This document shows, piece after piece, positions 42,586-54,129 of a DNA stretch of 64,000 nt. The translations under genes and the position numbers were made by a program. The stretch is taken from the NCBI GenBank assembly GCA_951406725.2, contig OX597818.1, forward strand, positions 62,806,001 through 62,870,000. Reading direction: 5' to 3'. Position 1 is the first letter of the stretch; every line of letters begins with the position of its first letter. The DNA is from Octopus vulgaris (Eukaryota). The notes beneath the pieces were generated by a model, which saw only the letters and a list, made by a program, of their open reading frames with translations, was not told the DNA's origin and made no database searches.

Positions 42586-42927
42586 AACAAGAGGGCTCAG
42601 AAAACCTCTGCTAAGACAACACCAACGTCCTCACAACGATTATTCAGAGATGATTTTTAAAATGAAAATATCTGAAATAAACGCGATTACTTTCACAAAC
42701 GGGAATAATAAAATTGAACCCGACTGCCTTCAAAAATTAAATAAAAAACAGGAAAAATAATCCAGAATCCATGTCCTGTACTGGATTGAACCAAAATCTA
42801 ATCAATTCATGCCAGTTACGAGGTCAAACATCCCTGAAAGTTTAAACCAAATCCATCCGGCGGTACTTGAGAATATCTTATCCAACGGACAAACAAAACC
42901 TCCGCCTAAGCGAAGGCGGAAGAAATA
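42586..42927 (+). mobile_element. Helentron-associated (HINE/DINE-like) non-autonomous element
   Basis: Starts aacaagag..aacctctgc and ends ggacaaacaaaacctccgcctaagcgaaggcggaagaaa with a terminal hairpin. Internal aaatccatcc..gagaatatc is typical of this class. Confidence 0.5.
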
Positions 42928-42929
42928 AT

Positions 42930-43120
42930 ATTAATGATTGATAGAGGAAATAGGCATAAACCCAGTTTAGTACAGCTCCATAAAACAATGCGATTAGGGA
43001 CAGGTAGAATACTTTGGAGGGTTCTTGGCGTTTTAAGTTACTTGTAGCCCGATGTTAGCAATAATTGTTTTGTTCCGAGAGTCTAATCTATTGTGCGCAT
43101 ATGAATAGTAATAATGAAAA
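42930..43120 (+). mobile_element. Second 3'-end fragment of the same R4/Dong-like family
   Basis: Homologous to 42365-42575 (gaaataggcataa..ttgtagcccgatgt..agtctaatct), with AAT-rich flanks. Confidence 0.7.
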
Positions 43121-44407
43121 TAGTAATGGTTTTAAATATTGGCTGAGGGCTAGTAATTAAAGGGGAGGGGTTTATCGAAGACATCGGCATCAGTACTTGA
43201 CTTTTTCTTATTTTACCAGCCTTTGAAAGATGAAAATAAAAAAAATAAAAAATCGACCACGGTGGAATTTGAACTCAGCATGTAAAGAAACGTCACTAAG
43301 CATTATTATCCAACAGGTGAACCATTATTCCAGCTCACCACCTTAATAATAATACTAACGCTGCTAATAATACTAATAAAAACAATAGCGACAATAACCT
43401 CTGTAGATAGAAATATCAAAAAAAACGCGAGTTTACAACATAGAAAAATTGAAGCAAATTTATAGGTGCCTCGGGAACGACAGAATAATATTAACAATGA
43501 TTTCTCGTATCTCTTTCACTATAGCGATTTCGTTTATATTTCTTATATTTTTTCATAAGAATGATACTAATTAAGGCAGAAACAAGCTTCATTAGTATAA
43601 CTACAGCAACAACTACTAAAACTAACTCAGTACACTCCACCGGCACCTCAACATTAATCGCAACTCTAGCTACAACGAATTTCTGGTGTGATATACAAAA
43701 TTTTTCTCGTCTGTTTTTTTTTTTTTTAATTGATACTAAATAGAATCATTTAATTTTTTTTTTTTTTTGCTTTTTGCTATTCAAAATGGCGTTGGGAATT
43801 GTTTTCTTTCATGTTTGTTGTTGTTGGCGATGATGATTCCTTATCTATATGCGGAACACTGAACTTACGAAAGTACTGGCTATAAAAGAACATATTTTTT
43901 CACGCATTTTGGTGAATTCCATTTCATCGATATTATGTTTGCTATTTTTATAGTCATTTTAGCTACTACATGGGCTTCCGATTTCATTTGTTGGCAATCA
44001 AGCTCAATTTCTACTCTATATTGTCCTCAAACTGCTTCTTTTACGAGATATTTTAGTGCCATCGTAATCCTCAATAGCATTGAGCAGCCACATCAACTGG
44101 AAAATTTATATACCATGTATTTTATTGATTTTCAAGTCTCTCCAAGAAGCCTCGTTCTTCTTTATCAGTTTTTTTTTCTTCCCATTCTTTCTTTTCTTTT
44201 TTTGTTTTCTTTCTCCAATAAACGTGGCGAAGGCTGTTGAGCGCCCCTCGGTGTGTGTCGGCTGGAAGCAAAGTTGAATAAAAACATTTTACTTTTACTT
44301 TGATACAAATCTATGTTTTATCAGCGTCGATATCTCCACATTATCTTTTTTTTCCTATAATTTAATATTTCAAGGTTTATATTCAAGGAACTTTGAATAT
44401 CTATTAC

Positions 44408-44679
44408 ATCAACAACAACAACAACAACAACTACTACCACTACTACTACTACTACGACGACGACGACGACTGCTACTGCTGCTACGACTACTACTACTAC
44501 AACTACTACTACTACTACTACTACTACAACCACCACCGCCACCACTACCATCACCAATACTACTGCTACCAGCAGCATCATCAACACCACCAGTAATACT
44601 ACCACGACTACTAATACTACCACCACCGCCAACACTACCATCACCACCACTACTACTACCAACACCACCACCACCACCG

Positions 44680-44746
<67 letters not shown>

Positions 44747-45063
44747 TACGGTTTCTCGATCAGCGAGAAATAGTGACGAAATGCCGTTACAATCGAAATC
44801 TGTCTTAAAAACTGGAACGAAAGGTTACATAATAAAGAATATTCTAACTGGGGACACATGCAAGGTCATGCGCATGTTTATCTTGATACAATATCACCAT
44901 GTGGCGCACATATGGTCGTGGTACATGTGCCTGGTGTACCCTGATCAAATGGGTGGTCTTGATGGGTATAGTGCGCTTCGTGTATTTTACCCCAGTGTCA
45001 CCGCGATGACATGAACTGCTCTCTCACTCAATAATAATAATAATAATGAAAATAATAATAATG

Positions 45064-45109
<46 letters not shown>

Positions 45110-45110
45110 C

Positions 45111-45160
<50 letters not shown>

Positions 45161-45550
45161 TAATAATAATAATAATAATAATAATGATAATAATGGTGAT
45201 GATGATGATAACAACAACAGTAATAACAATAACAACAACAACAGCAATAATAATAATGCTTTCTTTATTGGTCACAAGGGGCGAAAACAAAAACATACAG
45301 GGTCAATACAGGACAAGGGACAAGGGGTGGGGTCTAAATCAGAAAACGTGTAAACAATAAAATACAAAAACAGTTAAAAAATAAGTGAAAGGAAATTTTC
45401 TAATAGAGGGGAATCCCACCCAAGGCCAACCAGGGAACCCCATGCATCCTGCTACTACTGCTACTACTACAACTACTGCTGCTGCTACTACTGCTACTAC
45501 TACTACTGCTACTACTACTACTACTACTACCACTACCACTACTACTACTA

Positions 45551-45623
<73 letters not shown>

Positions 45624-45640
45624 CACTACCACTACTACTA

Positions 45641-45716
<76 letters not shown>

Positions 45717-45736
45717 CACTACCACTACTACTACTA

Positions 45737-45773
<37 letters not shown>

Positions 45774-45776
45774 GAC

Positions 45777-45815
<39 letters not shown>

Positions 45816-45843
45816 CACCACCACAACGACTAGTACTACTACC
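44408..45843. repeat. Trinucleotide microsatellite cluster: (CTA/CAC)n 44408-44749, (AAT)n 45030-45257, (CTA)n 45450-45843
   Basis: Read directly from the sequence. Confidence 0.95.
45258..45450 (-). mobile_element. Putative LINE 3' UTR fragment sharing its terminus with SINE family B
   Basis: The minus strand ends gccccttgtgaccaataaagaaa; the family B tail is gccccttgtggg(c/t)aataaagaaa. Confidence 0.45.
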
Positions 45844-46339
45844 GCTGGTTTTGCTGCCGCTGTTTTTGTCACTGCTACCACAGCGGTTGTCAATGTTACC
45901 ACTGCCGCTACTGCTAGGTGAACTTTGCACACTTTTTCCCTGTGTTTTTCTCCTCCCTTTCTCTTGTATTGTTGCCAGTAAAAGAAGGAAAGGGAAAGAA
46001 ATCTTTGGTAGTCAGCAGACCTGCGGGAGGGACAGAGTATTTTTCTTAACTCTTTCAAGATAGGCTCCGCCATCTTGTCGAATTATATATGATTGAACGC
46101 CCATCGAACTTATTTGGAGAGGAGGCGAATATAGCACAGGAAGGGGCCAAACAAACACAGAAATCTAACGTGGAACAAAATGTAAGCCGAAAAAACAGTT
46201 CCAAACTGGAGCAAAACATTTTTTTAGAAAGGACTTACTTGAAGCGTTCGATAACACGTCCGATGTACTCCGAAGCGAATATAATAATAATAATAGTAAT
46301 GATAACATTAATAATAATAATAATAATAATAATGATAAC

Positions 46340-46385
<46 letters not shown>

Positions 46386-46971
46386 TTAAATAATAATTAT
46401 AATAATAATAATAATAATACTTACACCTGCACTGGGTCCCTTGTTAGTTGTTTACAAGTCAAAACAATTTACTGATTGGTTCTTTGTATTACGTGCTGGT
46501 TAAACAATCAATCAATCAATCAATCAGTCGTTTGTTACTCACTGTTCCTTCGTCGCTATCCGTGACCACTTCAGTGAGTTGTTCTCTTTCTTCCAGGCTT
46601 TGCTTGACATTCAGGGTAAACTCAAACTAAATTACAGCTTGGTAGAACATACTTAAGGTCAAAGAGAAAATATTATCCGTTATTAAGTCGCCCCTTTATA
46701 ACGGTGACACAATATGTTATGCGTTCTCTTTTCATATGGAAGAGTTTCAATTGTGCCAGCACTGGCACTATTTCCTTGCAATTCAGCGTTTGAGCAAAGG
46801 ATGCCATATGATATAGACCACGAGGATGGCAAAACCGGTGCAAGAGAATCAAACTGCATAACAGATTCGTATTGCTTTCTAGGCACTGACTCATCATTGG
46901 CTACGCTTATTCCGAAGTATTCATGCATGTGTGAATATATGTCCCTCTCCATGTATATATATATATATATA

Positions 46972-47600
46972 TAAACATAGTAAATAGGGTAATAAAAATA
47001 AATTATTATTACCAGTGACTTAGCACAAAAGACGAATTAGTCATTAGACTATACGTTATTCATATATAGATACATTAAAAGGCTTCCAAATAAAGAAGCG
47101 TAGTTCTAGATACACAAAAAGGGGAAAATACATGAAATGGAATGAAAATCAAAAACGTTTACCATCTCAGCTAATCCTGTACTGCAGTTTCATCTTTTTT
47201 TTTGCAAATGAATAGAATTTATCTGCCAAGGCCAGAATCGTCAGCAGGAAGCCTTTGTAATCCGAGCTGTACATGTCGCTAGAGGTACGTGCGAATCTAA
47301 CGACCTGTATACCCTAACGTTTCAGACCAGTGCGCAGACGCAAATCATACCCGGCGAACAGAGAGGATGCCGGTAAAAATTTACGAGCAAATTTATCGAG
47401 CAATATTTAAACATAGTAAATAGGGTCATAAAAATAAATTATTATTACCAGTGACTTAGCACAGAAGACGAATTAGCCATTAGAATATACGTTATTCATA
47501 TATAAATACATTAAAATATATAAATACGTTAAAATTCATGAGTTTGTCCCCTTTTTGTGTATCTAGCACTCGCTTCTTTATTTGGAAGCCATTTAATGTA

Positions 47601-47610
<10 letters not shown>
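46972..47610 (-). mobile_element. Non-autonomous Penelope/retrozyme-like element: 436-nt monomer, terminal direct repeat, inverted terminal segment, internal hammerhead
   Basis: Direct repeat 46972-47080 / 47408-47516. Segment 47534-47610 is the inverted copy of about 47062-47137. (TA)n flanks both sides. Confidence 0.75.
47175..47249 (-). ncRNA. Type I hammerhead ribozyme with complete core
   Basis: Minus strand: TCCTG-CTGACGA-[stem II including GCAGAT/ATTTGC]-GAA-ACTGCAGT-A-CAGGA. Stem I TCCTG/CAGGA is a perfect 5 bp, stem III is palindromic, and the cleavage triplet is GUA. Confidence 0.75.
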
Positions 47611-47651
<41 letters not shown>

Positions 47652-48933
47652 GTATACATATGTACATACATATGTGTGTATATTTATTTACATATACATG
47701 TATATACAAAATATGTAAGCAAACAGTCACGTTGCAATTCATTGATTGACAGATTAATTTAACTCTTTCTGCTGTACTCTCTGTATATGCATATCATATA
47801 CATATATATATATAAATATATATTTATTATTTATATATGTATATATATATATATATTTACATATGAATGTATATATATATTTGTATATGTATGTATATAT
47901 ATATATATATTTATATACGTATATATTTATATATATATTTGCATATGCTTGAATATATATATATATATATACATATCAGTATCAACCTAGTTTTTAACGA
48001 AGCTCAATATATGCACTTCATATACGGTACGCAAACATATTATATGCATAAATATTTGACTTTGAATGAAATGGTGCACATGTAATTTGACAGGCGTAAT
48101 AGTAGCATACGTTATAAGTGCTAATTTTCATTATTGAACCTATTTCCTTCCAATGATAATTGAATGCACTTTCCATGATACAGTAGTATGGCTGTATAGC
48201 CAATAATCACATTTATGTCTGTGTGTGGGCGGGGCTGGGTGGGTTTATGGTTTGATATGTTCATGGAATATGCTGGACGACGATGTGTTACAGTTTGCAT
48301 TGAAGTTTTAAAACAAAAGGCGGATATCTATTTATTGGAAACATGTAATTACTATTTGAAAATGAGCCGCCGAGATATTCTCTTTGTAAAATTTCGAGGC
48401 GAACAAAATGACAGCTAAATGTCCCTGAAATCATTATTCTTCCAACTTGAAAAGAGAAAGATATATTGGATAATATATTTCAATATTGACTGTGAGAAAC
48501 CATTCCAGGAATATAACATTTGGAGTTATTTTGATGGAAGTATTGATTGGTGAGTGTTGCCTCTGAGTTTGAACGAGAAACATTGAACAATGGAATCGAT
48601 GGAAGTGCCATCAAGTACACATTTGACGTGTTAATCTGAATAGCAAATTTTCAGAGAAGAATGTAGGATTGTATTATAGAAGACAACTTGCTACACAGCC
48701 AGAAACAGCTCTGAATTGGGTCACCTGTTTAATCGGAAAGAACAGAGTGCTGAGTTGAAGTCTCGAAGTCACATGTCATCCACGCTGTAGGACAATCGTT
48801 TCTTATTTCCAATCTGTGGTCATCTCAGCAAGACACTGGTTGTATTGAGGTGTCATACAGACATCTGAGATAAAATGAAAGATACAAATGGACCTCCATT
48901 CATGGAAATGGAAAGGAAAGGAGATGCAATACT

Positions 48934-49048
48934 TGTTGTTGTTGTTGTTGTTGTTCTTCTTCTTCTTCTTCTTCTTCTTCTTCTTGATCTCATTATCATC
49001 ATCATCACCACCATCATCATCACCATCATCCTCATCACCACTATCATC

Positions 49049-49080
<32 letters not shown>

Positions 49081-49185
49081 CGTCGTCGTCGTCGTCGTTG
49101 TTGTTATTGTTGTTATTGTGTGCCTTGGGTATGTGCTGTGATTTGTTGTGATGCTCTGATGGTTATTGTATGGAAAGTGTTCTGC

Positions 49186-49251
<66 letters not shown>
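48934..49251. repeat. (TTG)(TTC)(CAT)(CGT) and (TTA)n trinucleotide tracts
   Basis: Read directly from the sequence. Confidence 0.9.
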
Positions 49252-49252
<1 letters not shown>

Positions 49253-49880
49253 GTAGTCTTATTTTTATCGCGTGCTTTCACTGCACCACCGAGCACTGCT
49301 CTGGGCGCAATGGGTGTGTGCTGTAGTTTGTTGTGGTGCGCTTATTTTCCCTCTATAGAAAGTGTTTTACGTAGGACCTGTGTGGTGCCTACTTGTGCTA
49401 TTTCTCGTATGTTATATATATTTGTAAGTCCTGGTGCGTTTGTTATGTATTTGTCTGAATATTTTTTTATCACATCTAATGCGCCTAATATGATAGGAAT
49501 TGTTTCTGTTTTTAGATTCCACATTTCAGTTACTTCTATTTCTCTTTTCTTATTTTCAATTTTGGAAGACTCCCCATTTCTTTTACAGCAAAATTGTCAT
49601 CTGTTGGTATGAATACATCAATTAGAAAGCTCTTTTACTTAGTGATCTCTGACAACAATATCCGGTCTATTAGCCTTAATTTCTCTTACTGTGCGAATTG
49701 GCATATCCCAGTGTATGGATGCTTTCTCCTTTCCTGTGACCTTTTATGCTGTGTGCTTATACCATTCTTTTCTGTTGTTATTCCACTGTATTAGCATAGC
49801 TTCCAATTTATATAGGTCCCAACGCTGTCATGTTTGTGAATATATACCTTACTAGCCAGTACTAGGCAGCTACAGACAAT
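49252..49880 (-). mobile_element. R4/Dong-like LINE 3' end (RLE domain plus 3' UTR) abutting (TAA)n
   Basis: Minus strand: GCPVLA..Y..HD-like, RPDIVV and WNLKTETIPIILGAL..LRKTLS. A short related 3' piece lies at 49120-49187. Confidence 0.75.
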
Positions 49881-50114
49881 CGGTGAGTAGGCTGAATCGT
49901 TAGCAGGCCGGGCGAAATGCTCTGCGGTATTTCATCTGCTGCTCAGTTCTATGTTCAACATCACCTCTCAACATTTCGGGGTTGAAAGATGAAATACCAG
50001 TTGAACGCTGGCGTCGATGTACTCGGCACATGTCCCACTCAAAGCGGCTGCCCTTGAGGTAAGATTTGAACCCATTATTATTAATATTGTTCTTGTTGTT
50101 GCTATTGCTGATGT

Positions 50115-50160
<46 letters not shown>

Positions 50161-50182
50161 GCTACTGCTACTGCTGCTGCTG

Positions 50183-50241
<59 letters not shown>

Positions 50242-50268
50242 ACTAATACTACTACTACTACTACTATA

Positions 50269-50343
<75 letters not shown>
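50115..50343. repeat. (CTA)n/(CTG)n microsatellite
   Basis: Read directly from the sequence. Confidence 0.95.
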
Positions 50344-50523
50344 GAGGAGCAAACTAGTAGAATCGTTACTAGTGCTCGAATAGACAGACAGAATGTGGCT
50401 AAGCATTTTACCCAACGTGTTGACGATTCTGGCAGCCCGCTGCCTTAGTAACATTTGAATACTAAATGCAAATTTTAGAAATTTACTATTTTTAAATCTC
50501 ACAACGTGAGATATTCAGCAACA

Positions 50524-50809
50524 GTACTTTGTAGTAAAGATTGTTTGCCAACTTAACATGGCAGTCCTAGTTTTAGGACTAATGCTGTAATTTAGCCCCA
50601 GGTGACGTCGTCTCCAGTTGGCTATACGACACGATCTGTGTCCTTATGTTTTCGAACAAGTTGCTAGATACCATTGTTCGAAAATATAGACACAGATCGT
50701 GTCGTACAGCCAGCTGGAGACGATGTCACTTGGGGCTAAATTACAGCAACATCAGTCCTACACCATGACTACCATGTTATGTTGGCAAGCAATCTTTACT
50801 ACATAATAC
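50524..50809. repeat. Long palindrome (arms about 135 nt, loop about 15 nt)
   Basis: gtagtaaagattg..gacacgatctgtgtc..ttttcgaacaa mirrors ttgttcgaaaa..gacacagatcgtgtc..caatctttactac. Confidence 0.9.
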
Positions 50810-51029
50810 AAACGTGTTACTCATTCAAATAGACTTCCGTTTTATTCAAACACATAAGAACAACATTCGCTGTATACACCGAATCAGCTCACAGAGCACT
50901 GGAGCCAGGCTTTATGATGCATGCATATCATAGTCATTATCTCTTCTTCAACCACAAATACCATCGAGTTGCTGAATGCAGAATAGTGTGATCAATCATT
51001 GAACGATGACAGGAATATAATAATTCTAT

Positions 51030-51410
51030 TATAGGCACAAGGCCTGAAATTTGCGGTGAGGCGGTAATTCGATGACATCGACCCCAGTGCATAACTGGTA
51101 CTTATTTAATCGATCCCAAAAGGATGAGAAGCCAGGTCGACCTCGGCGAAATTTGAACTCAGAGAACGTAGCGGTAGACGAAATACGTATTTGTTTATTG
51201 CCCACAAGGGGCTAAACACAGAGGGGACAAACAAGGACAGACAAACGGATTAAGCCGATTACATCAACCCCAGTGTGTAACTGGTACTTTATTTATCGAT
51301 CCCGAAACGATGAAAAGCAAAGTCGACCTCGGCGCAATTTGAACGCAGAACGTTGCGGCGGACGAAATACCGCTAAGCATTTTGCCCGGCGTGCTAACGG
51401 TTTTGCCAGC
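51030..51410 (-). mobile_element. SINE family B dimer
   Basis: Reverse complement of the head and two cores, with TSD aatataataat. Confidence 0.85.
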
Positions 51411-51610
51411 GATGCAAGCAATATAATAATACTGTCTTGTCTCTTTTGTCTGTTCACAGCGCCTCGCATTCAAATCACTGTGGTTGCAGGGGAAATAACC
51501 ACTAAAAATTACAAGGATCCCATCGTCTGTTTGGGTGCCGTTTTGAGCTTACTCGGCGTATTTACACCTTTTTGTCTACAGTGGAAAAATTTTCTCCATA
51601 ACAAAATACG

Positions 51611-51928
51611 TGGAGGCGCAATGGCCCAGTGGTTAGCGCAGCGGACTCGCGGTCGGAGGATCGCAGTTTCGATTCCAAGACCGGGCGTTGTGTGTGCTTA
51701 TTGAACGAAAACACCTAAAAGCTCCACGACGCTCCGGCAGGGGCTAGTAGTGATCCCTGTTGTACTCCTTCGCCCAAACTTTCTCTCACTCTCTCTTCGT
51801 GTTTCTTGAGTAACGCTGCGATGGACTGGCGTCCCGTTCAGCTGGGGGGAACACATACGCCACAGAAACCGGGAAACCGGGCCCGTGAGCCTGGCTAGGC
51901 TAAAAAAGTGCGCATAAAATAAAATGAA
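51611..51928 (+). mobile_element. SINE family A head with alternative 3' tail (variant 3)
   Basis: Family A to about 51807, then gctgcgatggactggcgtcccgttcag..gaaaccggg. TSD ataacaa(a/g)atacg encloses the whole chimera. Confidence 0.8.
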
Positions 51929-52683
51929 AATAACAAGATACGGTGAATGGCTTTCTTGCGGCTCTGAACATGCCTCAAGCATATTTGAACTTGTAACAAT
52001 CTTGTATATATACACACATCACTGCTTGGCGTTATCACTCCAAATTAAACAGTAATGTATTGTTGATGACGTAGTTATATTCAAACACTGTATACGATAG
52101 GTATTAATTCCTCAGCATCATTCGGATGAAAGGTAGATTCTACCCCCACCGGGATTGCAACTCGTAAACGTAAGAGACAATGCTTAGATAGCGTTAAGCA
52201 TCTCCGATTATTGAACCGATCGATTTTTGCATTCATTATGCCGGCTTCTCTGAAATTACAAGTAATATATTCAGATCGGCTGATTTACATACTTCCTAAG
52301 AAAGAGAGGCGCACGTCATATAAAATAAATAGAAATGGTGCACAAAGTGTGAAACAAATCTGGATTTCTTTATGATGTCTACTTCATTAACAGTGTTCTT
52401 TTCACGCAACGTAACGTCTTGCAAGCATTTCTTTTCTCTCTAAATCTTTTATCTCGTGTTAAGACGCTGGCGTGGGTTCTGCGGCTTTCAAGAACGAAGG
52501 TTGCCTTTGTGAAGATTCTTATATGTATATATATATTATGTGTGCATGTACGTAAGTAACCATGTATGTATGCATGCATGTAGGTGTATATACGTATGAA
52601 ATTACAAAACATTGCACTGATTCTCTCGTTTTCTTCTCTATTCCTCTCTCACTCTACACGTGCGTGCGCGTATATATATGCAC

Positions 52684-52754
<71 letters not shown>

Positions 52755-52874
52755 CATATATACATATACATGTATGTGTATATATGTATATATGTGTGTG
52801 GGCGTATGTTTGTAAGTAAAGGGAGCGACTTAGATTGAAATATATACATAGACATATATAGATAGATGTATAAA

Positions 52875-52919
<45 letters not shown>

Positions 52920-53354
52920 ATTCTGAGAAGTTCAGCTGGACTGAGCTAATGGGGCTGGTGTGAAATTAAACGCATCCACATCATTTCATTTCCTACTTTA
53001 GTGATTTTATTGGCAAGAGATCCACTTTTGCTTCTCACCACTCGACTTCATCTTTGAATACTTATTGCCGACTGGATTAAATTTTCCGTATCCCAAATAT
53101 ATATAATCCTGTTCTTGTTAAACATGTGATGGAACAAATCCTTCAAACTCATTAAAAAAGAAAAAATATCGTAAAGTAATAAGACAAACGGAACATTGCT
53201 AAAATTCATTTCCGGAATTCAATAAAAGTTATTTAATTATCATAGGTTTATAAATGAGATGCAAATAGAATAATTAAAAGAAACTCTACGAATATTTTTG
53301 GAAGGAGTTAAAATACTTGGATTGAATACAGATCAGTAAGCCAAACTAACCACA

Positions 53355-53670
53355 CTGGTGCTCCGTCGGTCACGACGATACAGATTCCAGCTGAGGCGAT
53401 CAACGGAACATCCTGCATATAAAATTAACGTGAAAGTGGCTGAGCACACTACAAGTACGCGAACCCTTCACGTAGTTCTTAGAAAGATTCAGTGTGACAC
53501 ATAATATGCCAACGTTGGCCATTTGAAGTACAGATGCAGCTCACTTTTGACAGCTGAGTTGACGGGACAATGTGAAATAAAGTGTTTTATCGAAGTTATC
53601 GAACTCCAGATATCAAACTCAAAACCTTACAATCGTGAGCGAAATAGCGGAACCATTAGACTACCTGCCC
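53355..53670 (-). mobile_element. Old SINE of the family A lineage
   Basis: ctccgtcggtcacgacga..gatcaacggaaca..aattaacgtg..gtggctgagcac. Confidence 0.7.
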
Positions 53671-54129
53671 TAAACAATAGAATATTGAGGTTGGGTCCTT
53701 ACACCGATTAAATGGTCAACAACCATATCAGCTGACCTGCTAAATGTAGAGTCGAAAGAACAGCAATCAACAACGACAATTATACTTTATCCATGATATA
53801 TAAGATTAATTTTTAGAATAGCTTTGCCAGTAGTGAGTGTAGTCTTGGCGAATAAAAACCTAATATTTAAACATCAATAATGTGTATATATACAGGTGTT
53901 TATGTGTGTGTGTGTGTGTATGTGTGTGTGTGTGTATGTGTGTGTGTGTGTGTATGTGTGTGTGTGTAGCTGAAATTTACAGAAAAAGAAAAGAGGAAGA
54001 CAGGTGTATGAACAACAAGCAGGTGTATTAGTTTGATGCTGTATATACAGAAACAGGATGTGGTGAACGTATTGCCGTCTAAATTACTCAAAAAGGAAAA
54101 TAACACTGACATCTCATTTTAACAAATAT

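Noticed and set aside
45339-46073. 244-aa ORF with poly-Val, and the opposite-strand poly-Thr mucin-like ORF
   Set aside because: Length comes from a (CTA)n microsatellite and there is no recognisable domain. Only the start context is kept as a weak finding.
48430-48840. Faint RT-like relics here and at 60100-60700
   Set aside because: Motifs are too eroded to assign by eye; a profile-HMM search is needed.
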